From Truepera sp. (GTDB taxonomy: Bacteria > Deinococcota > Deinococci > Deinococcales > Trueperaceae): 64,000 nt of DNA. The notes under the pieces were generated by a model that did not search any database, was not told where the DNA came from, and saw nothing but the letters and a program-made list of their open reading frames with translations. Shown here piece after piece: positions 32,695 through 42,641 of the stretch; within the stretch, counting starts at the first letter, position 1; each line of letters starts with the position of its first letter. Location: assembly GCA_965218435.1 (NCBI GenBank), contig CBDCKW010000009.1:800001-864000 (forward strand), in the 5' to 3' direction. Made by a program: the position numbers and the translations under genes.

Positions 32695-32824
32695 AGCTAT
32701 GAGTATAGGTGAGTCCAGGGCAGATATTGTTCGGAAACGCTGCCAAAAGTTGCGCAGCTGGGTGCTTGTAACGTCGGCTTACGATGTGCATAAGTTAACT
32801 CAGAGGTTTTTCTAGGCTGAACGC

Positions 32825-32889
32825 TTGCACTTTGCCGGACTTCGTGCTACGCTTCTGGGCGATTAGCTCAGTTTACGAAACCGTTTTCG
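32825..32889 (+). promoter_or_regulatory. Sigma70-type promoter with downstream LacI-type operator
   Basis: TTGCAC (32825), 17 bp, TACGCT (32848) with extended TG; near-palindrome CGAAACCGTTTTCG at 32876-32889. Confidence 0.65.
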
Positions 32890-32945
32890 CGGTCTAGGTG
32901 TGGCCCCTTAGGTTGCTCTTTGACCGCCTGACGAAAGGTAGTTTT

Positions 32946-33926
32946 TTGTCGAGTCGTGTCTCAATTCGGAGTGTGGCAGAGGCCGCAGGGGTCACTATCG
33001 GAACCGTATCAAAGTCACTCAACGGTGACCGCGAGATTTCCGAAGCGACGCGGGTGCGCGTACAAAAAGTTGCGCGTGAGCTCGGTTACCGGCCGATGGC
33101 GCAGGCACGGGGGCTGGCGCGGGGACATACCGGCAACGTGGCCGTGGCGGTGCGGAGTGTTTTTTTGCCGGTGTTTGCCAGCGCATTTTACGGTGAAGTC
33201 TTAGCCGGGGTTGAGGCTGAACTCGAGCGTCACGACCTCAATTTGCTCTTAACCAGCCTTAAGTACGGTGACGACCTTTTACGGCTCGCTTCGGAGCGCC
33301 GCGCCGACGGCGTTTTATATATCGGCTACGACCTCGAGCCCAGCTTTTTACGTGAGCTGAGCCGCCTTATTCCCTTAGTCGTGGTTGACGGCGAGGTTGA
33401 CGGGGTGAGCAGTGTCGTCAGTCAAAACGTCGAAGGGGCGAGGGGCGCGGCGCAGCACCTGGTAGCGCGGGGGCGCAGGCGACTGAGCTTTGCGGCGAGT
33501 ACCCTGACGCAACCCAACTTTCGAGCACGTTACGGAGGATTTCGTGAGGTGCTCGCTGAAGCTGGTTTGGAGCCTGGTCCCGTCATCGAAGGTTGGAGCT
33601 TTACCGACCTCTGCACGCAGCTTCGGCACCTTTTGCTCACCTTTCACCCCGACGGGATCGTCTGCGCGAACGACGTGGTGGGTTACTCCGTGTTACAGGT
33701 TTTAGAAACGCTCGGCGTTCGGACGCCGGAAGACGTGGCCGTCATCGGGTACGACGGCACTGCCGGAGCCGAGTACCGCCGCACGCGCCTGAGCACAGTC
33801 GTCGTTGACAAACGTGAACTCGGCGCAGCGGGGGTGCGCACACTCTTAGAACGACTGGCGCACCCCCAAAGGCTGCCACAGCAAGTGGTGATTCCAAGTT
33901 TACTCGAGCCGGGAGATACGTCATGA
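32946..33926 (+). CDS. LacI-family transcriptional regulator
   Basis: SIRSVAEAAGVTIGTVSKSLN HTH, LGYRP, CANDVVG, PEDVAVIGYD; start TTG 32946 or GTG 32898. Confidence 0.92.
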   Translation: MSSRVSIRSVAEAAGVTIGTVSKSLNGDREISEATRVRVQKVARELGYRPMAQARGLARGHTGNVAVAVRSVFLPVFASAFYGEVLAGVEAELERHDLNLLLTSLKYGDDLLRLASERRADGVLYIGYDLEPSFLRELSRLIPLVVVDGEVDGVSSVVSQNVEGARGAAQHLVARGRRRLSFAASTLTQPNFRARYGGFREVLAEAGLEPGPVIEGWSFTDLCTQLRHLLLTFHPDGIVCANDVVGYSVLQVLETLGVRTPEDVAVIGYDGTAGAEYRRTRLSTVVVDKRELGAAGVRTLLERLAHPQRLPQQVVIPSLLEPGDTS

Positions 33927-34011
33927 GCCCGTAGCTAGTGCCTGGGCCTGTAAAGGAGGCTTTAGCGTCCGCCGTCAACCCTTCACATCTCTCAGTGACT
34001 CGAGGAGACAC

Positions 34012-35724
34012 ATGAAAAAGTTTGTTTCACTAGCACTTCTTGCCGCAGCGTTACTCGGCGTGGCAAGTGCGCAAAACCTGCCGCGTAACCAAACGCTCTA
34101 TATCGCAGGGCACCAGTGGGGACCCCCCACGTCGTTTAACCCGGTCGGTCCGGTTCGCGCCTGGCCTGTCAACGAAGGCGGCGGTTTTAACCTGATCTAC
34201 GAATCCCTGTTGACCTTTAACCAAGTCACCGGCGACTTAGACCCCCGGTTGGCTAAATCGTTAGAAGAAAAAGGCAACACCTTTGTCGTGACGTTGCAAC
34301 CCGGTACCGCGTTTCAAGACGGCACCCCGCTCACCAGCGCCGACGTGGTGTACTCGTTTGAACTCGGCAAACGTCAGAGCGTGGACTACTCGTCTATCTG
34401 GGATTACATCACCAAAGTCGAAGCGACGGATGATCGCACCGTGACCTTTACGCTTAATCCCGACAAGCTTAATCCCGGCATTGTCCGTAATTACATGACC
34501 ACCGTAGCCATCTTGCCGCAAAAAATTTGGGAAGGCATTGAGAAAAATAACAAATCGCTCGCCGAGTTTACCAACATGGAACCGGTCGGGTCGGGGCCGT
34601 ACACGCTTGCGAGCGCGAACAACGAGCGCATCATTCTTAAACGCGCCGACAACTACTGGGGCGAGAGCATCTACGGCAAACCCGCGCCCGTCAACATCGT
34701 TCACCCGATTCTCGCCTCGAACGACGCCGCCAACCTAGCCTTTTCGCAGGGCCAAATTGACCTGTCGCAAACCTTTATTCCTGAAGTCTGGAAGCTCGAG
34801 GATGCGGGCAAGCCGATCGGTACTTGGACGAATAAGTCTCCCTATTACCTGCCCGGTTCGATTCCGATGCTCTGGATTAACGTCCAACTTCCCGGTTTAG
34901 ATAATCCGGCCGTGCGCCGCGCCCTCGCCTACACCATCAACTACCCGCTCATCGTCCAGACCGCGATGTCGGACTACTCGGTACCCGCCAAAGCCAGCTT
35001 GATTATCCCCTCCGGCAGCGAAGAGACCTACTTTAACGCCGAAAGCGAAGCGGTGGACAGCGAAGGCTGGAGCTATGACCCGAACAAAGCAGTTGACATC
35101 CTCGAGAACGAACTCGGCGCGAAAAAAGGCGGCGACGGTATCTACGTCTTGCCTGACGGCACGCGTTTAGGGCCGTGGGAAGTGACTGCGCCGTACGGTT
35201 GGAGCGACTGGAACCAGACGCTCGAGATCGTCGCCTCAGGTGCGCAAGCCGTCGGTTTCGACATCAAAACGAACTTCCCCGAAGCCTCAGTCTGGCAGAC
35301 CGACTGGCAAAACGGTAACTTCCAGCTGGCGATGGGGTGGGCTGCCGGCGTGAACGCCGCCGGTCCGTGGCCCCGTTTCCGCGACGTGATGGATATTCGC
35401 GGCGTGCCTAAAGTCGGCGAAACCGCCTTCTGGAACTACGGCCGTTACAGCAACCCTAAAGTTGCCGACCTTCTCGACAAAGCTGCCGTGGCCAGCCCCG
35501 ATGAGCAGGGTCAGTACTACACCCAGCTCGATACGATCTTCCGCCAGGACATCCCGATCATCCCGCTGATGTACCGCCCGCAGCAGTTTTACACCTATAA
35601 CACCGGCGTCTGGCATAACTTCCCGACCGCCGAAAACCCCTACGCGCCGCCTGCACACAGCCAGTCGGGGATCAAGGTGATCTTTAACATCACCAACGAA
35701 GAGCAGACGAGTCAGGCGAAATAG
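34012..35724 (+). CDS. Family-5 ABC substrate-binding protein, oligosaccharide (cellobiose/mannoside-type)
   Basis: Signal peptide, LPRNQTLY, WGPPTSFNP, PVGSGPY, PYGWSDW; resembles the Thermotoga-type glycoside-binding Opp subgroup. Confidence 0.85.
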   Translation: MKKFVSLALLAAALLGVASAQNLPRNQTLYIAGHQWGPPTSFNPVGPVRAWPVNEGGGFNLIYESLLTFNQVTGDLDPRLAKSLEEKGNTFVVTLQPGTAFQDGTPLTSADVVYSFELGKRQSVDYSSIWDYITKVEATDDRTVTFTLNPDKLNPGIVRNYMTTVAILPQKIWEGIEKNNKSLAEFTNMEPVGSGPYTLASANNERIILKRADNYWGESIYGKPAPVNIVHPILASNDAANLAFSQGQIDLSQTFIPEVWKLEDAGKPIGTWTNKSPYYLPGSIPMLWINVQLPGLDNPAVRRALAYTINYPLIVQTAMSDYSVPAKASLIIPSGSEETYFNAESEAVDSEGWSYDPNKAVDILENELGAKKGGDGIYVLPDGTRLGPWEVTAPYGWSDWNQTLEIVASGAQAVGFDIKTNFPEASVWQTDWQNGNFQLAMGWAAGVNAAGPWPRFRDVMDIRGVPKVGETAFWNYGRYSNPKVADLLDKAAVASPDEQGQYYTQLDTIFRQDIPIIPLMYRPQQFYTYNTGVWHNFPTAENPYAPPAHSQSGIKVIFNITNEEQTSQAK

Positions 35725-35740
35725 CCGCCTAACGCCTAGT

Positions 35741-35773
35741 AGGGTGCCGGACTGTTGACTGTTCCGGCACCCT
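35741..35773 (+). other. Intercistronic stem-loop after the binding-protein gene
   Basis: agggtgccgga...tccggcaccct 11-bp stem with no long U-tract. Confidence 0.6.
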
Positions 35774-35807
35774 TCAAGAGACCTTACGGAACTGAGTTTA
35801 TGAAAAT

Positions 35808-36818
35808 ATGAAACCGTTTCAACGTTATCTTCTCAATAAATTATTCTGGTATCTGCTCGCCTTCGTTGCAGCGATGGCGCTCAACTTCTTTTTGCCCCGC
35901 CTGGTTCCCGGTAATCCGGTAGACGGTATCGTCTCACAGATGGCGCGGGGTGGCGGCACTTCGGGCGAGGCGCTGCAGCGCGTGTACGACACCTATATCA
36001 CGGAGTTCGGGCTCGACAAATCGCCGGTAGAGCAGTTTATCACCTATTTGGGCAGCCTCTTTCGCGGCGACCTCGGGACCTCGCTCGGCAACTATCCGAC
36101 GAGCGTCAATAAGATTATCGGCGCGGCGCTGCCGTGGACGTTGGCGCTGCAACTCCCGACGATTTTGCTCGGCTGGATTTTGGGTAACATTTTGGGGGCT
36201 TTAGCTGCGTACAAAGGCGGCTGGGTAGATCGGGGCGCGTTTTTAGGGTCGCTGGCGTTCTCGAGCATCCCTTACTACGGCCTCGCTATTTTGCTCCTCT
36301 ATGTCTTCGCCGTCGCGTTGCCGTGGTTTCCGACCGGCGGCGCGTACGGGTTTGCGTCGTCCCCGAGTTGGACCTGGGGCTTTATCACCGACGCCGCGCA
36401 GCACTACGTGTTGCCGTTTTTGTCGCTGCTCTTAATCGTCGTAGGCGGTCAAGCGATTGGCATGCGCTCGATGGCGATCTATGAACTCGGCGCGGATTAT
36501 GTCGGGTACGAACGGAGTTTAGGCTTGCGCGAACCTCGTATCGTCCGGGGCATCTTTCGTAACGCGGTCTTGCCGCAGATTACCGGGTTGGCCCTATCAA
36601 TCGGCGCACTCGCCGGGGGCGCACTGATCACTGAAATCGTCTTTTCGTATCCGGGCCTCGGTACCGTCTTGTTTAACGCCATCCGGCAAAACGACTATCC
36701 GGTCATTCAAGGCGTGACGATGCTGATTACCGTGGCCGTATTAGCCGCCAACTTTTTGGTTGACCTGACCTACGGTCTGATTGACCCACGCATTCGCACA
36801 GCGGGGGCGGAAGCATGA
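35808..36818 (+). CDS. ABC permease (OppB/DppB-like)
   Basis: PRLVPGNP, RGDLGTS, FRNAVLPQ, EIVFSYPGLG, DPRIR. Confidence 0.92.
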   Translation: MKPFQRYLLNKLFWYLLAFVAAMALNFFLPRLVPGNPVDGIVSQMARGGGTSGEALQRVYDTYITEFGLDKSPVEQFITYLGSLFRGDLGTSLGNYPTSVNKIIGAALPWTLALQLPTILLGWILGNILGALAAYKGGWVDRGAFLGSLAFSSIPYYGLAILLLYVFAVALPWFPTGGAYGFASSPSWTWGFITDAAQHYVLPFLSLLLIVVGGQAIGMRSMAIYELGADYVGYERSLGLREPRIVRGIFRNAVLPQITGLALSIGALAGGALITEIVFSYPGLGTVLFNAIRQNDYPVIQGVTMLITVAVLAANFLVDLTYGLIDPRIRTAGAEA

Positions 36819-37645
36819 TCCGGGCGCTGTTTCGGAGCGGGCGTTTTCGCGTGTCGTTTGTTCTTATCGTCTTAATCGTCGTCGCTGCGGTAGTGGGGCC
36901 GCTGCTCGATGACCGTAACCCGCGGTTTGCGGTCGGTGGTCGCTACGATTCGCCGTCGGCGGGGGTGTGGCTCGGTACCGACGCCATCGGCAACGACGTT
37001 TTTTTACAGCTTATGCACGGCCTCGGCACTTCTCTCTATATCGGCCTCGTTGCAGGGATCGTGGCGACGCTGATCGGTGTTGCCGTTGGGACGCTTTCTG
37101 GCTACCTCGGCGGGTTGCTCGACGAAATTCTGATGGGCTTGACGAATATCTTGATTACCGTCCCGACGATTGTGATCTTGGTGCTCTTGTCGGTCGCGCT
37201 CCAAAACCGTTCGACACTTTTACTAGGCGTCATTATCGGCGTGACGAGTTGGCCGTGGACGGCGCGGGCGGTGCGGGCACAGACAAGCTCGCTCAAAACG
37301 CGTGAACACGTGGACATTGCCAAACTTTCGGGGGCCGGAACGTTCGGGGTGATCGTCCGTGAAATCTTGCCGTATATGGCCTCGTACGTGGTGATGGCGT
37401 TTGTGTTGCAACTCTCGAGCGGCATTCTGAACGAAGCGGGTTTGAGTCTCCTGGGCCTCGGCCCGAGCCAGAGCGTCTCGCTTGGCAAAATGTTGCAGAG
37501 CGCCCTCCAAGGTGAGGCGCTGAGGACTGGCGCGTACTGGGCGATTTTGCCGCAAACGATCCTCTTGTCTATCATCGCGTTTTCGCTCCTACTCCTCCAG
37601 TCGAGCCTGGACGAACTCTTTAATCCCCGCCTGAGGCGCAGCTGA
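36815..37645 (+). CDS. ABC permease (OppC/DppC-like)
   Basis: WLGTDAIGND, ARAVRAQT, EAGLSLLGLG, FNPRLR. Confidence 0.92.
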   Translation: MIRALFRSGRFRVSFVLIVLIVVAAVVGPLLDDRNPRFAVGGRYDSPSAGVWLGTDAIGNDVFLQLMHGLGTSLYIGLVAGIVATLIGVAVGTLSGYLGGLLDEILMGLTNILITVPTIVILVLLSVALQNRSTLLLGVIIGVTSWPWTARAVRAQTSSLKTREHVDIAKLSGAGTFGVIVREILPYMASYVVMAFVLQLSSGILNEAGLSLLGLGPSQSVSLGKMLQSALQGEALRTGAYWAILPQTILLSIIAFSLLLLQSSLDELFNPRLRRS

Positions 37646-38643
37646 TGGATCAACTGTTAAGTGTCCACGACGTGCGTGCCGCCTACCGGTTGCCGAACGG
37701 CAAGACTTTACGCGCTGTTGACGGCGTGTCGTTAGAATTGCGGGAAGGCGAAGTGCTGGGCGTCGTCGGGGAGTCGGGCTGCGGTAAGTCCACCTTGGCG
37801 ACGATTTTAGCCCTCAACGCAGCGCCGCCCCTCTATGTTGAGAGTGGCACTGTCCAACTCGAGGGACACCGCGCCGACCTGAGAAAACGCGACGCTTTGC
37901 CCCGCAGCGAACGGGGCAAGCTGATCTCAGTGTTGCCGCAGAGTGCGATGAACTCGATCAACCCGACGACGCGGGTTCGTGACCTGGCGTTTGACGTGCT
38001 GCGGGCACACGAACGCATCTCGCGTAAAGCGGCGTGGAATAGGGCGGGGGCGAGGCTCGAGCAACTCAGCTTACCGACCCGGGTGTTGGAGCGTTACCCG
38101 CACGAACTCTCCGGTGGAATGCGGCAGCGCGTGATTACCGTGATTTCAACCTTGTTAGACCCCAAGATTCTGATCGCCGACGAACCGACCTCGGCCTTAG
38201 ACGTTTCTTCGCAGCGCGCGGTGACCGAAATGCTGCAAGACCTGCTGGCCCGTAAAATTATCTCCGGCGTCCTTTTTATCACCCACGACCTGCCGCTACT
38301 GCGCCACATCGCCGACCGGGTAGCGGTGATGTACGCGGGCAAAATCGCTGAACTCGGCCCGACCGAGCAGGTCATCAGCGCGCCCGAGCACCCCTACGCG
38401 CAGGCGCTCGTCGGTTCAATTTTAGTCCCGGAGCCGTATATCCGGGCTGAGCGGGTTCGCGGCATTCCCGGCTCGCCGCCCGACCTTGCGGCCATGCCCG
38501 AAGGGTGCCGCTTTCATCCGCGCTGTCCGCTCGCCAATGAGAGATGCTTGGAGGACCCGCCGGAGGTCGGCGACCGGACGCACTTTGCAGCTTGCTGGCG
38601 TGTGTACGAAGCAAAGCAGACGTTGGTTGAGGGAGTTCGATGA
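37645..38643 (+). CDS. ABC ATPase (OppD-like)
   Basis: GESGCGKST, LSGGMRQR, IADEPT, GCRFHPRC. Confidence 0.93.
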   Translation: MDQLLSVHDVRAAYRLPNGKTLRAVDGVSLELREGEVLGVVGESGCGKSTLATILALNAAPPLYVESGTVQLEGHRADLRKRDALPRSERGKLISVLPQSAMNSINPTTRVRDLAFDVLRAHERISRKAAWNRAGARLEQLSLPTRVLERYPHELSGGMRQRVITVISTLLDPKILIADEPTSALDVSSQRAVTEMLQDLLARKIISGVLFITHDLPLLRHIADRVAVMYAGKIAELGPTEQVISAPEHPYAQALVGSILVPEPYIRAERVRGIPGSPPDLAAMPEGCRFHPRCPLANERCLEDPPEVGDRTHFAACWRVYEAKQTLVEGVR

Positions 38644-39479
38644 ACACGCCTAAGGTAGCGAAAACGAACGGTGCGGTGCAGGTCGTTCCGTCTGCCGCAC
38701 CTGAAAATACGGCGAAAGCGGAGCCGCTGTTGGTCGTCCGCAACCTGACCCGGACGTTCGGTAGTGGCGCGGAAACTGTAACTGCGGTGAAAGACGTTTC
38801 GTTTGAGCTCTACCCCGGCGAAATTGTCGCGTTGGTCGGTGAGTCCGGGAGCGGCAAGTCTACGCTGGCGCGGCTGCTACTGAGGCTGTTAGCGCCGACT
38901 GCCGGTGACATCGAACTCTCAGGACGAAACGTCACCCAGGGGCACAAACGCGACTACTGGCGCGAGGTGCAGGCCGTCTTTCAAGACCCGTTTGCGTCGT
39001 TTAACCAGTTTTACAACGTCCGGCGGGTGATGCTTTCGGCGCTGGGTGTGCTGAAAAAACAACCGAACCGGGCTGAAAAAGACCGGCGACTTAAAGAAGC
39101 ACTCTCGCAGGTTGGGCTTTCCGAATCACTCTTAAACAAGCGCCCGTATGAGCTGTCGGGGGGGCAGCGGCAACGGGTGATGATGGCGCGGGCGCTGATG
39201 CTTAAACCCGAGCTGCTCATCGCCGACGAACCGACCTCGATGTTAGACGCGTCCTTGCGGGTAAGCATCTTAAACCAGCTTAAAGACGTTCGTGATGCGA
39301 CCGGGACGACGCTCTTACTCATTACCCACGACCTCGGCCAAGCGTACTATGTCAGCGACCGGCTTTTGGTCATGTATCAGGGTGAACTCGTCGAAAGCGG
39401 ACCGACCGAACAGGTGGTGGCGCAGAGCCAGCATCCGTATACGCGTTCACTGATTGCGGACGTGCCGACGCTGCACTGA
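38640..39479 (+). CDS. ABC ATPase (OppF-like)
   Basis: GESGSGKST, LSGGQRQR, IADEPTSMLD, HPYT. Confidence 0.93.
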   Translation: MNTPKVAKTNGAVQVVPSAAPENTAKAEPLLVVRNLTRTFGSGAETVTAVKDVSFELYPGEIVALVGESGSGKSTLARLLLRLLAPTAGDIELSGRNVTQGHKRDYWREVQAVFQDPFASFNQFYNVRRVMLSALGVLKKQPNRAEKDRRLKEALSQVGLSESLLNKRPYELSGGQRQRVMMARALMLKPELLIADEPTSMLDASLRVSILNQLKDVRDATGTTLLLITHDLGQAYYVSDRLLVMYQGELVESGPTEQVVAQSQHPYTRSLIADVPTLH

Positions 39480-39741
39480 GGTCGAACTAAAATTGTGCTG
39501 ACGCTGTTAGAGCGGCGTCTGTCTCGAGGGAATAGGGATAGCTCGAGCACTAAGTGCCGCGTCAAGGCGTATCCGTCGGGGCGGCTCTGAACAAATGCGG
39601 CACGTAAAAACGGCAAAAATGTGCGTATCAGCCCAATGCGCCGTGCCGCCTAACACCTAAGCTGTAACTCGCGGGCTCGGCTGCTGTAGTCCGCTGCTGT
39701 AGTCCCAGTGGACTTTGGCCCGCGCCCCTTGAGAGGTTCTT

Positions 39742-40227
39742 ATGAGTCATGCTACCAATCAACCGCTCTTTACCGACCTGGCGCACGTGGCGTTGGCTGC
39801 AGCGGACGTGCAGCAAACCCTGAACTTTTACGAGCTTTTGGGCGTCCGTGAAGCGTTTCGGCTCCATCACGACGACGGCTCATTGATGCTCGTCTATCTG
39901 CACGTCGCGGGTGACCACTTTATCGAGGTGTTTCCGGGCGGCCCAACCCCCGAACCCGACCGGCCGGGGAGTTTCAAGCATATCTGTTTGCTGACGGACG
40001 ATCTGCTCGAGACCGTCGCCGAACTTAGGACGGCAGGCGTGCCGATTGACCGCGAACCGACGCCGGGACTTGACGGCAACCTCCAAGCTTGGATTCACGA
40101 CCCCGACAGCAACGCCATCGAACTCATGGAACTCGACCAAAACTCACCGCAACGCCGGGTGGCGCGGGGTGAACGTCCCGAAGTCGAAAGACTTCAAACC
40201 GACAACCCCGGTAAAGGCTTTGAGTGA
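39742..40227 (+). CDS. VOC/glyoxalase family protein
   Basis: LAHVAL, FIEVF, FKHICL, WIHDPDSNAIELME. Confidence 0.85.
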   Translation: MSHATNQPLFTDLAHVALAAADVQQTLNFYELLGVREAFRLHHDDGSLMLVYLHVAGDHFIEVFPGGPTPEPDRPGSFKHICLLTDDLLETVAELRTAGVPIDREPTPGLDGNLQAWIHDPDSNAIELMELDQNSPQRRVARGERPEVERLQTDNPGKGFE

Positions 40228-40248
40228 GGCTCGAGCTAAGCTGCCAGC

Positions 40249-40761
40249 AGTAACTACGGTTGCGGCAGTGAGGTGGCTACCGGTGAAATCCCGGTGTAAA
40301 AGCTCAACTTCGACAGCACCGTCAAGGCCTAAGAGACCGTGTTGTACTGGCTTAACCCTCGGCAAACGTCGGCGCTTACCGTTCACCGTGACCAGTTCAA
40401 AACGGAGCAGCCCGAGCGTGAATTTTCAGTCGCCCGGACGGGAAACTAAAAGGCGACATGGTTTTCCGCAGCGGACAAAGACCTCGCGTACCCTGAGCCT
40501 AAACTTACAGGGAGGCTCGCGGGCGACCGCTTGACGGTGACAACGCAGACATCCGTTCGTGACTTGACTCTTTTCGTTGACCGCTTGGGAGCGGACGCTG
40601 AAATTGACGATCAACGCGTCACGCTTTTGCCGGGGGAGAGCTACACCTTTACCGTAAAAGGGCTCGAGGGTATAGACGTGAGCGAGTTGCTCAGGCCGCC
40701 GGTGATAAACTGTGCGAACCGTTTTGGACGTAAAGAGGCTAAAGCCGTAGCTGGAACATAA
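40249..40761 (+). pseudogene. C-terminal remnant of a GH2 beta-mannosidase
   Basis: One frame reads ...ATGEIPV*KLNFDSTVKA*ETVLYWLNPRQ...PEREFSVARTGN*KATWFSAADKDLAYPEP...VRDLTLFVDRLGADAEIDDQRVTLLPGESYTF with three in-frame TAA stops; no catalytic domain. Confidence 0.7.
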
Positions 40762-40790
40762 GCTAACGTATAATTCTACCCGGAGGTGGT

Positions 40791-41417
40791 GTGGTGTCTT
40801 ATCTTGGCTTACTGAGCGGCATTATGGCAGTTCATCTCGCGGCTGTAATCAGTCCCGGCCCCAACTTTTTAGTGATTACCCAGACGTCTATTCGGGACTC
40901 GCGCTATTCGGGACTCTCGAGCGCCGTAGGCGTCGCTTTCGCGTCGGCGTTATGGGCTCTTGTCGCGCTGTTAGGCGTAAGCGTTTTGTTTGAGACCGCG
41001 ACCTGGCTCTACAGTTTGCTCAAACTGCTGGGTGGGGCTTACCTCATCTATCTTGGCGTCCAGAGCTGGCGGCATTCCAAAAAGCTCTTACTAAGTTCCG
41101 AAGCGCCTCTTGCCACTCGTTCTGCTTGGCGTTCTTTTCGCACCGGCTTTTTGACCAACCTAACAAATCCTAAAGCAGCCGTCTTTTTCGGCAGTATTTT
41201 CGCCGCTCTGCTCTCACCCTCGCTCCCTCTTTGGGTAAGGGGCGCAGCGGTTGGTCTAGTCTTTTTCAATGCGCTCTGGTGGTACGCGCTGGTCGCAGTG
41301 GTATTTTCGGCGCGGAAGGTACAACAAGCTTATGCCAAGGCTAAACGCTATATTGACCGAGCTGTAGGCGGATTTTTGGTGTTGTTAGGCTTACGGCTGG
41401 TGCTCTCGAGCCGCTAA
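40791..41417 (+). CDS. LysE/RhtB amino-acid exporter
   Basis: ISPGPN, GGAYLIYLG, GFLTNLTNPKA. Confidence 0.92.
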   Translation: MVSYLGLLSGIMAVHLAAVISPGPNFLVITQTSIRDSRYSGLSSAVGVAFASALWALVALLGVSVLFETATWLYSLLKLLGGAYLIYLGVQSWRHSKKLLLSSEAPLATRSAWRSFRTGFLTNLTNPKAAVFFGSIFAALLSPSLPLWVRGAAVGLVFFNALWWYALVAVVFSARKVQQAYAKAKRYIDRAVGGFLVLLGLRLVLSSR

Positions 41418-41446
41418 AACTAAAAACTTCCGTAACTAAAGAATGG

Positions 41447-41656
41447 CTATTTTAGTGGTCTTGCCACCCTCTGAACCAGGCTTTGAGTCAGCTCTGCAAC
41501 TTCTATATCGGCCCCTACCCCGCAGTGTGGACAGGCGACGTTGAGAGCTTGTAAGTGATTGTCATTTCCCGAAAAAACAGGTTTGACCAAAAACTGCTCT
41601 AAGTTTTTGCCACAGCTGGGACACACGTTTTTCTGCAAACCAAAATTTGATTTCAT
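41447..41656 (-). CDS. Small Zn-ribbon protein (69 aa)
   Basis: CPSCG and CPHCG pairs; ATG 41656 with a GAGGGGG SD embedded in a hairpin. Confidence 0.55.
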   Translation of the reverse strand: MKSNFGLQKNVCPSCGKNLEQFLVKPVFSGNDNHLQALNVACPHCGVGADIEVAELTQSLVQRVARPLK

Positions 41657-41700
41657 AAAAACCCCCTCAACTAGGTTTAACCTAGTTGAGGGGGTTTTTA
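41656..41700. terminator. 45-bp perfect palindrome / bidirectional terminator
   Basis: TAAAAACCCCCTCAACTAGGTT-T-AACCTAGTTGAGGGGGTTTTTA. Confidence 0.8.
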
Positions 41701-41804
41701 GTAGACGCGTTTGTGCAAGAAACTTAGGTTTCCCGTACCACTGCTCGTACAAGTAGGTGCGGGCTCGAGCTGGGACTTTGAAGATGCGTAGCCTGCTCGG
41801 GCCT

Positions 41805-42578
41805 CTACCAGATATTCCCCCCCCGCCAAAATACCACCCCGCGCAAACTCAGCTGTGGGTCGTCTTTGGGGCGCACCACCGGCGGATGGTTCGGATTGGC
41901 CGGATAGAGGACGATAAAGTCGCTCTCAGATTCTTGTTCCTTAAAAAGTTTGACGATGAGCTTATCTTCCTGATGGTCAAAGCAGACCACGACGTCGTTA
42001 TGTTGTGGCAAGAGGCTCGCGGTGTCATACGCTACTTGGTCGCCCTGCGCGATGCTTTTAGGCAGCCCGCGCACGCCTTTACTGATCATACAGTCGCCGT
42101 TAATCAGCGCGACCCGGACATTCTCCTTAAGGCGGCCCCTTAGGTGCGCTTTAGGGATAGCGACGACCTCGAGTTCTGAAGGGTCAAGTTCGTCCGGTTC
42201 GGCGGCCCCGGCAGCGGCCCCGTGATAGACCGGAAAATATTCGTACTCGGGGTGAACGCTAAACCGTAAAAGCGGGTCGGGTAAGACGGCACTTTGCAGG
42301 TGCTTATGGGGAATCTCGAGGCCGTGCGCCTCAGCTAAGGCTCGAGCTTCGTCGTCGCCCAAACGGTACGCTTTGAGGAGCGCCCATACCCGGTCGGACT
42401 TCCAGCGGCGGATGGTTTTTTCCAACTTGCCACTTTCAAAATGGCTGATATACGCCTGCGAAAACCCGAGCGCGTCAGCGACTGCCTGCCCGCTGAACTC
42501 TTCGGGTGTGCCCCGCAACGCCTCGCGGCGACCGCCGAGCAGTAGCCCTAATTTAGGAGGCAATTTAGCCTGCGCCAT
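41805..42578 (-). CDS. XRE-HTH + S24 peptidase (CI/LexA-like) repressor
   Basis: AVADALGFSQAYISHFESGK HTH; AAAGA cleavage-like site; NGDCM, LIVKLF, LYPANP C-terminal domain. Confidence 0.85.
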   Translation of the reverse strand: MAQAKLPPKLGLLLGGRREALRGTPEEFSGQAVADALGFSQAYISHFESGKLEKTIRRWKSDRVWALLKAYRLGDDEARALAEAHGLEIPHKHLQSAVLPDPLLRFSVHPEYEYFPVYHGAAAGAAEPDELDPSELEVVAIPKAHLRGRLKENVRVALINGDCMISKGVRGLPKSIAQGDQVAYDTASLLPQHNDVVVCFDHQEDKLIVKLFKEQESESDFIVLYPANPNHPPVVRPKDDPQLSLRGVVFWRGGNIW

Positions 42579-42641
42579 CGCTCACATCCTCACACTTTAA
42601 TCTTATCACAATACTTATGCAAAGGTGATCGAGCCTTAAGC

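Noticed and set aside
39680..39705. 13-bp tandem duplication gctgctgtagtcc x2
   Set aside because: Only two copies; most simply a slippage duplication.
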